DNA of 64,000 nt. Source: an uncultured Azospirillum sp. GTDB lineage: Bacteria > Pseudomonadota > Alphaproteobacteria > RF32 > CAG-239. Below are positions 63,367-64,000 of the stretch, piece by piece (positions within the stretch are counted from its first letter, which is position 1; each line of letters starts with the position of its first letter). Where the stretch lies: positions 6,955-70,954 of the forward strand of contig UQMA01000004.1 of NCBI GenBank assembly GCA_900542055.1. The letters run 5' to 3'. The notes under the pieces are model-generated. The model did no database searches, was not told the origin of the DNA, and saw only the letters and a program-made list of their open reading frames with translations. A program made the position numbers and the translations under genes.

Positions 63367-64000
63367 AAATAAAAAAGTATGTAGCGGCAGATATGTCTTT
63401 GCTGCTTAATCAGGTTAAAGAAGAACTTGGAGACGAAGCTGTCATTATATCTACTTCGGTTTTGAATGACGGAAAAACGGAATTGATTGCGGCTTTGGAT
63501 ACCAATGATGTAGACTTGAACACCGAAAGCAGTCGTTTATCTGAAAAAGCACCTTTATATAATGATAATTTTTTACGTGAACGCTTAGCGTTTCATCATC
63601 TTGTTCCGCAAGCCGAAGCCATCATTTTATCGACTTGCCGCAGTCTTTCTGAGGGGATGAAAAAATCCTGCGATACTGATATTTTGGCCGGTGCATTTAA
63701 CAGTATATTTCATTATGGCAATTTGTTTGATACGCCGCGTACGGTCAAGATGTTTATCGGAACACACGGAAGCGGCAAAACATCTTCTTTGGTGAAAGTT
63801 GCGGCATTGGCAAAAATACATAATGTTCCGACAACAATTCTTAATATGGATACGGTTCGTGCCGGTGCTGACGGACAATTGCGGTCTTTTGCCTCTATTT
63901 TAGAAGCTGAATATGAACTGGTACGCACGCCCGAAAATTTGTTTGATAAAATTTTAGCGGCGCAATCTGATAGCCGTATGGTTTTGATTGATACCCCCGG
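63363..64000 (+). CDS. flhF: Flagellar biosynthesis GTPase FlhF (N-terminal part; continues beyond the window)
   Basis: MKIKKYVAADMSLLLNQVKEELGDEAVIIST is the FlhF N-terminus. The SRP-type P-loop reads FIGTHGSGKTSSLVKVA. The ATG overlaps the fliN stop (ATGA). The ORF is still open at base 64000. Confidence 0.8.
   Translation, partial: MKIKKYVAADMSLLLNQVKEELGDEAVIISTSVLNDGKTELIAALDTNDVDLNTESSRLSEKAPLYNDNFLRERLAFHHLVPQAEAIILSTCRSLSEGMKKSCDTDILAGAFNSIFHYGNLFDTPRTVKMFIGTHGSGKTSSLVKVAALAKIHNVPTTILNMDTVRAGADGQLRSFASILEAEYELVRTPENLFDKILAAQSDSRMVLIDTP

Overview
This 64-kb window looks like ordinary chromosomal DNA from a low-GC Gram-negative bacterium. Gene content and order include hslVU, tgt, ampG, lolA, two MsbA-type exporters, a beta-barrel porin and a fliG-fliH/flbE-fliN-flhF run. 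This fits a host-associated Alphaproteobacterium best. Class III RNR (nrdD/nrdG), a rubredoxin and BatA/B/D aerotolerance genes suggest an anaerobic or microaerobic lifestyle. The taxonomic and lifestyle calls are inference only. I can support about 60 protein genes and one tRNA-Val(GAC). I recognise no rRNA, CRISPR array, transposase, integrase or phage genes. Peptidoglycan genes are frequent: MccF/LdcA-like, murI, ampG, an SLT transglycosylase, alr and two LpoB-like lipoproteins. No known defence or mobile system is visible. The non-routine observations are as follows. (1) nrdD ends after its zinc ribbon, and the glycyl-radical motif sits on a separate 68-aa ORF in the same frame, behind a single TAA. 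(2) A SucCD-like pair has Tyr at the phosphohistidine position and other degenerate motifs. (3) A FliG-like protein has two predicted TM helices where the FliF-binding N-domain should be, and no fliF lies upstream. (4) Three large acidic ORFans are present: a 1653-aa membrane protein with a 4x repeated ~115-aa module, and an adjacent 462/888-aa pair sharing a ~100-aa module. (5) A Cys-rich 413-aa internally duplicated GNAT-like ORFan with a Walker-A-like motif lies next to the tRNA. (6) A 46-aa rubredoxin is missing from the ORF track, and its SD lies inside a perfect 9-bp hairpin. All homology statements come from reading motifs by eye, with no database search.
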